The notes under the pieces: generated by a model
Told to the model about the DNA's origin: nothing
Database searches by the model: none
What the model saw: only the letters and a program-made list of their open reading frames with translations
Translations under genes and position numbers: made by a program
In this document: piece after piece, positions 55,519 to 64,000 of the stretch
Numbering within the stretch: the first letter of the stretch is position 1
How the letters are laid out: every line of letters starts with the position of its first letter
DNA from: a virus
Lineage: Duplodnaviria > Caudoviricetes
Direction: 5' to 3' (one strand)
IMG/VR virus record: IMGVR_UViG_3300021962_000022
DNA: 64,000 bases

Positions 55519-57864
55519 TTACGAAATTTTAGGTGTGACAAAATCCACAGAACTTATGTTGTTCTCTTTTTTAACCATAACCAAGTTATCAGACCAGTTT
55601 CTGATTAAAGGGTTGTGTGATATTACAAAAATGTGTTCGAAGTAGTCTTTGATTTTCTTAAAGAATTCACCAACCATTTCTAAATTTTCATCAGCAATTT
55701 TACCAAATACCTCATCCATCACAACGATGTTTGGTTTAGGTAATGATGATATTTTAGTAAGTACACTTCTCAAAGCCAAAGACGATATAGTTCTTTCATA
55801 TCCTGAACCCGAAGCGAGAGGTTTAACTACCCTTGTTTCCGTGTCAATCATAATGAACTCAACTTCATTCCTTTCATTTATATTAAGTTCTAAGATGAAA
55901 TGACAACTATCCACCAACAACCTATATAACTCTTGATTTATTAATGGTACCATGTTTTTCAAAATAACTTTTGAGATACCGTTTTTACCAAAAACTGTTA
56001 GGTATACCTTAAAAATAGATTGTGTTTCGTTTTCAACCTTTATCTTGCGAATCAACTCTTTGTTTGTTTCAATTTTTTCTAAGAGTGTTTGGTTTTGATT
56101 TTTCAAACGCTCCACACCACTTGAAAAAGTTCTGATGTTAGCGTTTAAGGTCTCAATTTGCGACCTTAAACCAATTAACTCTCCATCTATTTTTTGGTTC
56201 TCATCTAACTTTTGTTTGTTGCGGTCAAAATTATCAAGTTTGACTTGTAACTTATCGATTTCCAACGTTTTTTGTTCTGACTCTAAATCGTATTTAGTTT
56301 TACGAAGTTTGTTTTTTTCGTATTCGTCAAATTCTTTCTTTAGATTGGAGTATACTTTCTCAGATTCAGTTAAATCATCGTATTTTTTTCTATTTGCAAT
56401 CTGAATATCTTTAATAGACGTAACTAAATCTTTTAATTTTTGAATCTCACCGCTGTGGTCAACGTCCTCTAATGCTCTGTTACAAGTTGGACATATTTGA
56501 CCATCCTCCAATTGTTTAATTAACTTCTCGTTTCTCTCAATTGATTCCGCGTTAACCCTACCTTCAACAATAAAACCATTCATTTCGTCCTTTAATGTTT
56601 GGTGTTCATCCTCTAAATAATATTTGGATGGTTCTTTAACATCAACCGACTTTGAGTTTTCAATTGCAAGTTGCTTTTGTTTATTTAACTTGTCAATATC
56701 ATATTTTATTTGGTCGACATTGGTTCGTATTAAATCTTGGTCAATGTCCGTATTTCTTTTTGATAACAATTCATCTCTTTTATTTTCGGAAGCCTTTAAG
56801 GTAGTTTGTGATTTTTGTGTTTCACTTTCCAATCTCAATATTTCCAATTTGTTTTCCTCAATACCCTCTTGAAACGAAGTATTTTCAGTCTCTAAATCAT
56901 TTATATTATATTGATTTGAAATTAATTTTTTACTCCATTCACTCTGAATTGTTTTACAAATTTCTTCCTTCTCTTTTAGAATTTCTAATCCTAAAAATTT
57001 CGTTAGTATTAATCCTCGAGCCGTTGGTTTAGATTCAATTAATTCTTCTAAATTATAGCCGGTTGTAAGGATAGTAGAAAGGAAATCTTCCTCAGTTCCG
57101 ATTGCCTTAGTTATGAAATCTTCGGTCTCTCTACGTTGTTCACCCGTTAGGTTTTCAACGGTACCGTCTTGATTTACTTTGTAAAATTCTAATTTATTGG
57201 TGACATTATAGTCCCCACTTTTTGTCTTTTTACGAAAACTTGACCTTTCAATTACATACTCCTCATTATCGATTGTAATGTAACCCTTAACCCTAACCTC
57301 GTCATTATCACTAAATCTGTTGAATATCTCTGAATTGGTTTTAGTTTTTGTTGTTTTATTGAAAAACAAATACATCATTAAATCAACTGTAGCTGTTGAC
57401 TTACCACCAAAATTTTTGGGTGTTGATTCTACAACAGTAATGCCGGGTAAATTAGTAAAATCAATTTCATTATTTTCACCGTAGGAAAGAAAATTAGAAA
57501 ATTCAACCTTTTTAATGTACCATTTGGTGTATTTTATTCTGTCTCCATTTTTACGTATAAATTCTTCATTTACTTTGTTGTCGAGATTATACAGTCTATC
57601 CAAAGAAACGTTGATTTCATTTTCCTCAACGAAATCCTTCATTAATGTTTTTTGGTATTGGAAATCAGATATGTTCTCGGTTATATCTAACGACGCCAGT
57701 TTGGTTTGGTCCTCGTTTGTGATAACCTTGGTAATGAGTTGAACATACTTTGTATTATATTTTTTTTGGAAATATGACTTAACTCTGTTTAATTTTTCAG
57801 GTGTAAAATTTTCATGAGTATCCTGCCATGTTACTTTGATGTACGGATTTTTAAAGTCCGTCAT
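55519..57864 (-). CDS. Rad50/SbcC/gp46-type ATPase with extra N-terminal domain
   Basis: IKKVEFSNFLSYG, NFGGKST, Zn hook CPTC, ASGSGYE, VVMDE, VISH; start at MTDFK. Confidence 0.93.
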   Translation of the reverse strand: MTDFKNPYIKVTWQDTHENFTPEKLNRVKSYFQKKYNTKYVQLITKVITNEDQTKLASLDITENISDFQYQKTLMKDFVEENEINVSLDRLYNLDNKVNEEFIRKNGDRIKYTKWYIKKVEFSNFLSYGENNEIDFTNLPGITVVESTPKNFGGKSTATVDLMMYLFFNKTTKTKTNSEIFNRFSDNDEVRVKGYITIDNEEYVIERSSFRKKTKSGDYNVTNKLEFYKVNQDGTVENLTGEQRRETEDFITKAIGTEEDFLSTILTTGYNLEELIESKPTARGLILTKFLGLEILKEKEEICKTIQSEWSKKLISNQYNINDLETENTSFQEGIEENKLEILRLESETQKSQTTLKASENKRDELLSKRNTDIDQDLIRTNVDQIKYDIDKLNKQKQLAIENSKSVDVKEPSKYYLEDEHQTLKDEMNGFIVEGRVNAESIERNEKLIKQLEDGQICPTCNRALEDVDHSGEIQKLKDLVTSIKDIQIANRKKYDDLTESEKVYSNLKKEFDEYEKNKLRKTKYDLESEQKTLEIDKLQVKLDNFDRNKQKLDENQKIDGELIGLRSQIETLNANIRTFSSGVERLKNQNQTLLEKIETNKELIRKIKVENETQSIFKVYLTVFGKNGISKVILKNMVPLINQELYRLLVDSCHFILELNINERNEVEFIMIDTETRVVKPLASGSGYERTISSLALRSVLTKISSLPKPNIVVMDEVFGKIADENLEMVGEFFKKIKDYFEHIFVISHNPLIRNWSDNLVMVKKENNISSVDFVTPKIS

Positions 57865-58367
57865 TTTTTTCTTTGTAGTATCCATTTGTTGTTCTTTAGA
57901 TTATAGGTTTGAACGTGTTCTTTTCTAAATGACATCCACTTCTCAATCTCCTCACTATTGTTTGGTTTAAATTCTGTGAAAAGTATTTTGTTTTTATTCT
58001 TTATTGATGTTGGTTTTATTAGTATAACTTGAGTGAAGTCCCTATTTGTCCTAAGAAACCAATGTTTGTTTTTGTTAGGTACCAGTGAATCTCCAACTTT
58101 ATCATACCAATATTTTGATTTACGTATTGGTATGTTAACAGTCCTAAACTCTTCCCCACTTATAAAAGAATACTCATTTTCCCAAAAATCACCAATCCAA
58201 CCACCTCTTTCCAATTCTACACCAAATGAATTATCATCGATGCAAATTAAATCAATTGCTCTCAAATTTGGATGTGATTCGAATAAAATGTTAAAAACTT
58301 CTTTTATAAAAATCTTCGCAAAGTTTCTTACTTCGGTGTCATCGAAATTTCTTTTTATATAACCCAT
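57861..58367 (-). CDS. Hypothetical protein, possible PD-(D/E)xK fold
   Basis: AIDLI.....GVELE; weak. Confidence 0.55.
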   Translation of the reverse strand: MGYIKRNFDDTEVRNFAKIFIKEVFNILFESHPNLRAIDLICIDDNSFGVELERGGWIGDFWENEYSFISGEEFRTVNIPIRKSKYWYDKVGDSLVPNKNKHWFLRTNRDFTQVILIKPTSIKNKNKILFTEFKPNNSEEIEKWMSFRKEHVQTYNLKNNKWILQRKK

Positions 58368-58395
58368 TTAAAATTTTTGAACTACCCATACGGGT

Positions 58396-58740
58396 TTATT
58401 TGTTGAATCTATTCTCTTCGAAAAATTCAACTATAGAGTTTATTGCCCAAACACTTCCGGCAGTAAACATACCGTCAAAAAATATTGATGGTAACCAATG
58501 CATTCCGAATTGTGATGTCAATCCACCAATACAGATTGAAAAGAAAAATCCAACCCATGTCGATGTACACAACATGCAACTTATTAATCCTGAAATAAAT
58601 TTTCCTAATCCTTGAAAAGGGGCGAAATCATTTTGTCCCCAACGGTGAATGGAATCTCTGACCGAATCAAAAATTGAACCGTAAACAATAATTGTGCTCA
58701 TTCCATAAGCAGCCATAATCCAAATAAAAACGTTTGTCAT
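58396..58740 (-). CDS. DUF1360-like membrane protein
   Basis: LISCMLCTSTWVG. Confidence 0.7.
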   Translation of the reverse strand: MTNVFIWIMAAYGMSTIIVYGSIFDSVRDSIHRWGQNDFAPFQGLGKFISGLISCMLCTSTWVGFFFSICIGGLTSQFGMHWLPSIFFDGMFTAGSVWAINSIVEFFEENRFNK

Positions 58741-58788
58741 TTGTTAATGTATTTTATAAAATATAGGAAAAAAAAATCAATAAAAAAA

Positions 58789-59361
58789 TTATTCATCATA
58801 TAAAGACGACAAGTTACTATCTTTCATTAGTTTGCCCTTTTTACCTAAACCTTCAAGCGATTTTGTAATCGTATTTAGTTCGTCTTTTAATTTTTGGTTT
58901 TCTTCTTTTAATTGAGTAATCTCATCATCTTTAATTTTTAGGTCTTTTTGGAAAATATTTTCCATTTCTTGGGTTTTAGTGGAAAATTTTCTCTTTTCCT
59001 CCTCAAATTCTTGTTTTTGCTGGAAAATTTTTTGCTCGGTCTCCTCTTCATTGGTTATGTATACAACCTTTTCAACCGGCACTTCTTTAATTACCTCAAC
59101 AACTTTTTCAATCGGTACTTCTTTGATTACCTCAACCACTTTCTCCACGATTGTCTCAACAGGAATCTCTTTGATTATTTCTTTCTCAATTATCCTTTCT
59201 CTACTGTTAAAACCAGGAGGTGATTCTCCATATTTTGTGATATTAAATCCCGTCCCAAAAACTTTTTTTGCAAATTTTTCGGTGTCGGTTATTTTGTTTA
59301 ATTCACAATATCTTATGAATTCATCATCTAATGTTAAGTAGTTTTTCTGACTCATTTTCAA
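58789..59361 (-). CDS. Coiled-coil protein with EKVVEVIKEVP repeats
   Basis: Tandem peptide repeats. Confidence 0.75.
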   Translation of the reverse strand: MKMSQKNYLTLDDEFIRYCELNKITDTEKFAKKVFGTGFNITKYGESPPGFNSRERIIEKEIIKEIPVETIVEKVVEVIKEVPIEKVVEVIKEVPVEKVVYITNEEETEQKIFQQKQEFEEEKRKFSTKTQEMENIFQKDLKIKDDEITQLKEENQKLKDELNTITKSLEGLGKKGKLMKDSNLSSLYDE

Positions 59362-60130
59362 TGTCTAATATATCAGATATGGAGAAGTGTAAAAATGGTT
59401 GTTCATTCTCTATATCGTAAGTATGGTACTCATTATTCTCGACATCGTAAATACCATATCCGTGGTAATTAATTGTCTCACCAAAATTTTGTTGAATTAA
59501 CGAACCAATCATCACCGCCTTTCCTCCATTTGGTAACTCAAACATTTGTCTTTTATGAATATCTCCACAGAGTAGAAGGTCCAACCCAACGAAATTTAAA
59601 GGTGAGTATGCGTTCTCAAATTCAAATCCCAAATCGGTTGATAAACCTTGTATTGGTCCATGGAATAACCCCACCTGTAATTTGTTTTCATCCCTTTCAA
59701 AATCCGGTTTTTGATTGTGTTGATACAAAGAGTAAACTACCCAATTAATGTTATCATCCTCATATACACCCGAGTTTTTATAGTATCTAATGTTATCACT
59801 ATCCAACATCTCAACGATTGGGGTGATACTGTCTAAACGACTTACATTATTTTCTAAGAAATCGTGATTACCGGGGATTAAAATAACAGGTCCTAACTTT
59901 TCATTAAGTTGGGTTAAGAACCATGATGTTAACATCATTTGTTCATTTGAAATATTAATTTTTTGATGTGCAATATCACCTGTAATTACAACTCTAACCT
60001 CATTATAGTCATAATCACCAATTCTCTCTTTAACATCATCAATAAACAATTTGAATTGTCTTTTGTACATGTCATGTAACTGAAAAGTTCTGATATGTAA
60101 ATCAGATACGTGTATAATCTTCTTTATCAT
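59324..60130 (-). CDS. Mre11/SbcD/gp47-type nuclease (nuclease domain only)
   Basis: HVSDLH, TGDIAH, PGNHD, FHG, GDIH, GSLIQQNFGE. Confidence 0.92.
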   Translation of the reverse strand: MIKKIIHVSDLHIRTFQLHDMYKRQFKLFIDDVKERIGDYDYNEVRVVITGDIAHQKINISNEQMMLTSWFLTQLNEKLGPVILIPGNHDFLENNVSRLDSITPIVEMLDSDNIRYYKNSGVYEDDNINWVVYSLYQHNQKPDFERDENKLQVGLFHGPIQGLSTDLGFEFENAYSPLNFVGLDLLLCGDIHKRQMFELPNGGKAVMIGSLIQQNFGETINYHGYGIYDVENNEYHTYDIENEQPFLHFSISDILDIENESEKLLNIR

Positions 60131-60981
60131 TTTAAATATTTTTTAACGTCCATTTGTAAAATTGAATTGGTCATGTCAGGTGGTACTTTATACTCGGTAA
60201 ATGTACCATTATCCTTCAAATGTGTAATAACACACCCAAGTAACTTAACATCAGAAAATTTACTACCCTCTAACATCTTTAATAGTAGTTTACCATACAA
60301 TGGTAACTGTATGAAATAATGACTTAAAGCAGTGTCATAATAATTTTCAAACGGATGTAACATTTTTGATGTGTATGAGTGGATTTGAAAACTTTTTTCT
60401 TGGTTTGTCTTCCAATCTGTAACCACTATACCAAAACCATTTTTCATTTTATTCATCATCAACCACATTTTATCTGGTTGACCAACAAAACCTAAAAGTG
60501 GGTCCCCTAAAACCATCTCAGTATCTAATAAAACAGCACCTCTTTCGTGCATCAAGTCAATGAACTCATTACCCGCGGAAATCATATTGTCACCACGAGA
60601 AATTTGTTCATCATCACACTCAAAAATTGGTTGTCTAATCTCTTTGTAGTTCCCATACTTGTCAACCAAATCACTTTCCAACATGTAGTGAACTCTACTA
60701 CCTAAGTTGGTGGAGTAATCTCCCGCCATTTTCCATTTTTCCAATAATAATTTGGTCTCATGTTCATCACCACCAGTCATCTGAGACGCTTTCGTCTCAG
60801 CATCAAATGGGATATAAAAGTTTTTAATCACTTTAGACACGGACGGAAAGTTGTTTCGTAATTTTCCATCAGAATCTCTCATAAAATAAATGTGTTCGTC
60901 TTCATAGAACGTTAATTCTAATTCTTTTTTTCTTTGTTCAACACATTCTCTAATTTCTTGTGCAATTTCTGTTAAATTCAT
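60127..60981 (-). CDS. PD-(D/E)xK exonuclease (RecB/lambda-exo-like)
   Basis: PSVS, GSRVH, GQPD, TDWKT, IQLPLY. Confidence 0.85.
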   Translation of the reverse strand: MNLTEIAQEIRECVEQRKKELELTFYEDEHIYFMRDSDGKLRNNFPSVSKVIKNFYIPFDAETKASQMTGGDEHETKLLLEKWKMAGDYSTNLGSRVHYMLESDLVDKYGNYKEIRQPIFECDDEQISRGDNMISAGNEFIDLMHERGAVLLDTEMVLGDPLLGFVGQPDKMWLMMNKMKNGFGIVVTDWKTNQEKSFQIHSYTSKMLHPFENYYDTALSHYFIQLPLYGKLLLKMLEGSKFSDVKLLGCVITHLKDNGTFTEYKVPPDMTNSILQMDVKKYLK

Positions 60982-60982
60982 T

Positions 60983-61921
60983 CTAATCTAATTTAAATTC
61001 TTGATATACTTCTAAATTACCTTGTAAATCTGCGATGTCCTTGTCCTTTGGAAGTTTGACAATATTGACCCGACCTAATAGTTTACCACAATTAAGTCGA
61101 TGGTATAGTTTTTCGGCGTCATCCCACGCATCACCATCCAAAACGATTGTTAGTTCACACCTTAAGTCATAAATTTTGTTGAAAAGTAAATCACTTATGT
61201 ATTTACCTAACATTGGTATTGAGTTATCTAAAAATATTGAGTCAAAAGCACCCTCTACTAAATAAATTTTCTTACTCCAATCAATCAAACTCTCATTAAA
61301 AATTATGGTCTCTTTTTGAATATCGGGATTTTTATATTTTAACTTGGTTTTGGATAAAAATGAACGAGCGACAAAATAATTGATTTGTCTCCATTCATTG
61401 TAAGAAGGAATAATAATTCTATTTTCATACGGTCCACTAAACGCAAATCCTATGTTGTATTTTCTTATAATTTTATCGGTAACATTCCGTTTTTTAAGAT
61501 AATACATCGCTTGTCTATATTGGGGGAGTAGTTTTACACCTTCACTCACATTGTTCAGTGGAATAAATTCCTTTGGTAACTCAACTTGTTTGTATTGTTT
61601 GACGGCTAACTCAACCTCATCAGGTTTTAAGAGTTCGTATCTTTTCAAGTGTTTCTCGTTTCCATACTTTTTTATCAGTTTGTAAACCGACCCGTGTGTG
61701 TTGTACATTTCTGAACAAGACCAACACTTATAAACCAACATCTTATAATTGATTTCTAAATTACCTTTACCATCACCGTGGTCTAATCCCTTAATTTCGT
61801 AGGAACATACGGGACAATCAAAAGCCAATTGACCTTTGTAATCATTGTGCATTCTACAATCACCAAGAATATCTTCGAGGATGTCTATTATAGGTTTATA
61901 TTCTACAGCAAGTGATGACAT
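60983..61921 (-). CDS. DNA primase
   Basis: CPVC...CWSC Zn finger, RIIIP, KYKNP, TOPRIM VEGAFD and LDGDA; start at MSSLAVE. Confidence 0.93.
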   Translation of the reverse strand: MSSLAVEYKPIIDILEDILGDCRMHNDYKGQLAFDCPVCSYEIKGLDHGDGKGNLEINYKMLVYKCWSCSEMYNTHGSVYKLIKKYGNEKHLKRYELLKPDEVELAVKQYKQVELPKEFIPLNNVSEGVKLLPQYRQAMYYLKKRNVTDKIIRKYNIGFAFSGPYENRIIIPSYNEWRQINYFVARSFLSKTKLKYKNPDIQKETIIFNESLIDWSKKIYLVEGAFDSIFLDNSIPMLGKYISDLLFNKIYDLRCELTIVLDGDAWDDAEKLYHRLNCGKLLGRVNIVKLPKDKDIADLQGNLEVYQEFKLD

Positions 61922-61964
61922 AGATAAAGTATACGAAATAAAAGTTAAAAAAACAAAATGGCAT

Positions 61965-62002
61965 AAAAAAGGTGGGGGTTGTACACCATAACCACCCACC
62001 TT
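61965..62002 (-). terminator. Rho-independent terminator
   Basis: AAGGTGGGTGGTT-atggtgtac-AACCCCCACCTT followed by T run. Confidence 0.75.
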
Positions 62003-62091
62003 ATGTCAGAATACAAATGCTATTTTGACACTACTATTTATTGAATGAAATTCTTATTCAAAGTATAAGAAAACTTTTTTAAAAAACAAAA

Positions 62092-62700
62092 TCAACTCTT
62101 TTGATTTTCGTTTTGCATGTTGACAAAACCAATTACCGCGGTTGCGGCATCACTCATGTCATAATTTTCTTTTTTCAATTGTCCATTTTTACCATACAAC
62201 CATTTAACTTCGGGACATACCGTGTTTACGTTCTCCCAAATTATATGTTTTTTGTCGATGTCTTTTGGTAATCCACCAAAGAGTACATTTTTACCTTTGT
62301 CGTTTTTACCAACTAAACTTGGAAAAGCGTACTTCCTGGCATTGTATGTACTAATAAATGTTGGTACAAGACCCAAAATCTCATAACAAGATTTTAAAAT
62401 CATTGTATTGTACCTTAATAAGGTACCAACGGTGTAAATGTTATTTGAATTTAGAAGTGGTTCTTCGATAACTACTCTAGTGATACCCACGTCTTTGTAA
62501 TCCTCTAAGTGTTTTTTGAAGGCCTCGGCTTTCTTCAAGAGTTCTTCAATTTTATCCTCAGGTTGTGGTTTTATTTTAGGTGAGAAATGTGTCAATTCTA
62601 AAAGTTTAGAAGAATTAACATCAAAAAGCGCCCATCCGATGGTCTTAGTTGAAATGTCTAACCCCAAAATTTTGGGTGCATTCTTAAATTTTGTACTCAT
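62092..62700 (-). CDS. RuvC-like Holliday junction resolvase
   Basis: ILGLDISTKTIG, VIEEP, YDMSDA. Confidence 0.85.
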   Translation of the reverse strand: MSTKFKNAPKILGLDISTKTIGWALFDVNSSKLLELTHFSPKIKPQPEDKIEELLKKAEAFKKHLEDYKDVGITRVVIEEPLLNSNNIYTVGTLLRYNTMILKSCYEILGLVPTFISTYNARKYAFPSLVGKNDKGKNVLFGGLPKDIDKKHIIWENVNTVCPEVKWLYGKNGQLKKENYDMSDAATAVIGFVNMQNENQKS

Positions 62701-62739
62701 ATAAAAATATATACGAGATATTCTTTGAATTGTAAAGCC

Positions 62740-64000
62740 TTAAAAATCTATTTTGACTGCAAACACTTGAGTTCCGCTTCTTTTTACAGGATTTGCGGTT
62801 TTACCAATAGCAAGAACTTCTTTATTCTCATTCAATAAAGCTACCTCGGTAATTCTCTTATCTTGTCCTGTGGTATATGTAGGGTTCTGTGTCACATTAA
62901 ATTGACTAGCCGGTAAGTTGACCAAGAAATTCATTTTTTCAATGTCCATGGCTCTAACTAATTTAATACTACCAGGGAATGGTTGTTCGTCACCAAACTG
63001 TGGTGATGTCGATGGTTGGTTTGGAATATCTCCGATATATGATTCTAAGTCAAATATTGTAGTATCATTATCGTACATGTCAAATGTCACTTGGAAAGAA
63101 TAATCAACCAAATTTGATGGGTTAATTATGTTACCTACAGTGTGATTAGGTATGTACGATGTCATGTTCAATAACTTCCATAGATTTGGTTCAGGTAAAT
63201 CTCCGTAATTGGTTATTTGTATTAATAATTGAAATTGATTTGCAATGAATCCATTACTAAAATTACAAGTACTACCTGTTACCATGTTACCAAAATATCC
63301 GTTGGCGAACTTAACATAAAGTTGACACGGTGTTGTAAAGTAGGTACTACCTGTTGTTGTTTCAAATTTGGTGTAGTAGTTACATGGTAATCCATTCATT
63401 TGAGTACCACCCGTATAGTTTAACATATATGTTAACCATATTGTCTGTTCTGTTGAACCACTGTAAAATGACTGTGCTGCGGGTAAATCACTCGGTAATA
63501 GATTAATTTTAGGTGATGGTAAGGTATATTTTCTATTTGATTTATAGTCCATTACTGCAACCAATTCTTGGTCGTCGATTACGATTGTTTTATTGTTTAC
63601 AAATACTTTACCAACGTTATTACCAAATTCGTCTAATAGATATCTAAACTTCACCTTTTGGTATGCGTTTTTCTTTGAACTAACAAAATAATCAACGGTA
63701 TCCATGGTAAGTAACGCACCAATGGTTGTACCTGTGTTTCTATGATATTGTATAAATGGAATATAAACTTCGAAGTACTCTAAATCAGTAATTGAGTTAC
63801 CAAGAGAGTCTTCTAATAACGCTTGTGATTCCACGTTATTTGTACTCAAATAATCATCGTATTTATAAAACCTTTCGGGGTCATTCTTCAAATCACCTAA
63901 CTCAGAATAGTGAATCACGGCGATACATCTTTGTTCCTCAGGTGTAACATTAATTAATTCGTTGTATGAATTACGATAAGCCGTGGGGTTATCAATTGTG
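62740..64000 (-). CDS. Large putative structural protein (5' end beyond window)
   Basis: Frame open past 64000; Thr/Asn-rich; C-terminal RITEVALLNENKEVLAIGK. Confidence 0.65.
   Translation of the reverse strand, partial: TIDNPTAYRNSYNELINVTPEEQRCIAVIHYSELGDLKNDPERFYKYDDYLSTNNVESQALLEDSLGNSITDLEYFEVYIPFIQYHRNTGTTIGALLTMDTVDYFVSSKKNAYQKVKFRYLLDEFGNNVGKVFVNNKTIVIDDQELVAVMDYKSNRKYTLPSPKINLLPSDLPAAQSFYSGSTEQTIWLTYMLNYTGGTQMNGLPCNYYTKFETTTGSTYFTTPCQLYVKFANGYFGNMVTGSTCNFSNGFIANQFQLLIQITNYGDLPEPNLWKLLNMTSYIPNHTVGNIINPSNLVDYSFQVTFDMYDNDTTIFDLESYIGDIPNQPSTSPQFGDEQPFPGSIKLVRAMDIEKMNFLVNLPASQFNVTQNPTYTTGQDKRITEVALLNENKEVLAIGKTANPVKRSGTQVFAVKIDF

Noticed and set aside
57861-58367. Homing endonuclease next to Rad50
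   Set aside because: No HNH, GIY-YIG or LAGLIDADG motif; only a weak PD-(D/E)xK resemblance.
60127-62700. Cas4 or Cas12/TnpB-like effectors
   Set aside because: The exonuclease lacks the four-Cys Fe-S pattern, and the RuvC protein is a 202-aa stand-alone resolvase in a replication cluster.
642-63103. Antisense and nested ORFs in the track (e.g. 642-935, 2506-2742, 3696-3962, 8067-8369, 48226-48579, 55649-57742 set, 58033-59748 set)
   Set aside because: They lie opposite or within well-supported genes, use poor starts and show no motifs; shadow ORFs.
1-64000. Alternative genetic code (TAG/TGA recoding, known in some large phages)
   Set aside because: Long genes are intact under code 11, and TAG/TGA end genes at sensible places (8303, 60983, ATGA overlaps).
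1-64000. tRNA, rRNA, integrase, transposase, reverse transcriptase/retron/DGR
   Set aside because: Intergenic gaps are short and AT-rich with no cloverleaf or T-loop signature seen by eye, and no ORF has the catalytic motifs; a tRNAscan/Infernal run would be definitive.

Overview
AT-rich (~30% GC by eye), gene-dense segment of a large ('jumbo/huge') tailed phage genome in the standard genetic code, mostly on the minus strand. A Bacteroidota host is inferred from TTTG-N19/20-TAnnTTTG promoters, a Bacteroidota-type sigma-70, DUF2452 and a Bacteroides-type histone-H1-like gene. 1-28 kb: truncated UvrD helicase, auxiliary metabolic genes (aminotransferase, mgsA, thyA, glutamine synthetase II, acyl-CoA thioesterase), phosphoesterases/HAD phosphatases, peptidoglycan hydrolases, PcfJ-like proteins, an Acb1-like 2H phosphoesterase and an orphan DNA methyltransferase. 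28.2-42.1 kb (+): a small regulatory hub, a rearranged 116-aa miniature of a T4 gp23-type major capsid protein, and a translationally coupled 16-gene glycan synthesis/modification operon. 42-64 kb: redoxins, AAA ATPase, Dam-family methylase, putative head-internal proteins, a lysis-like membrane cassette containing a candidate programmed -1 frameshift, sigma factor, ClpP, an Mre11/Rad50 pair with relocated domain, exonuclease, primase, RuvC-like resolvase and a truncated structural gene. No tRNA, rRNA, CRISPR array, integrase or transposase seen. All family calls are from motif recognition, not database searches.
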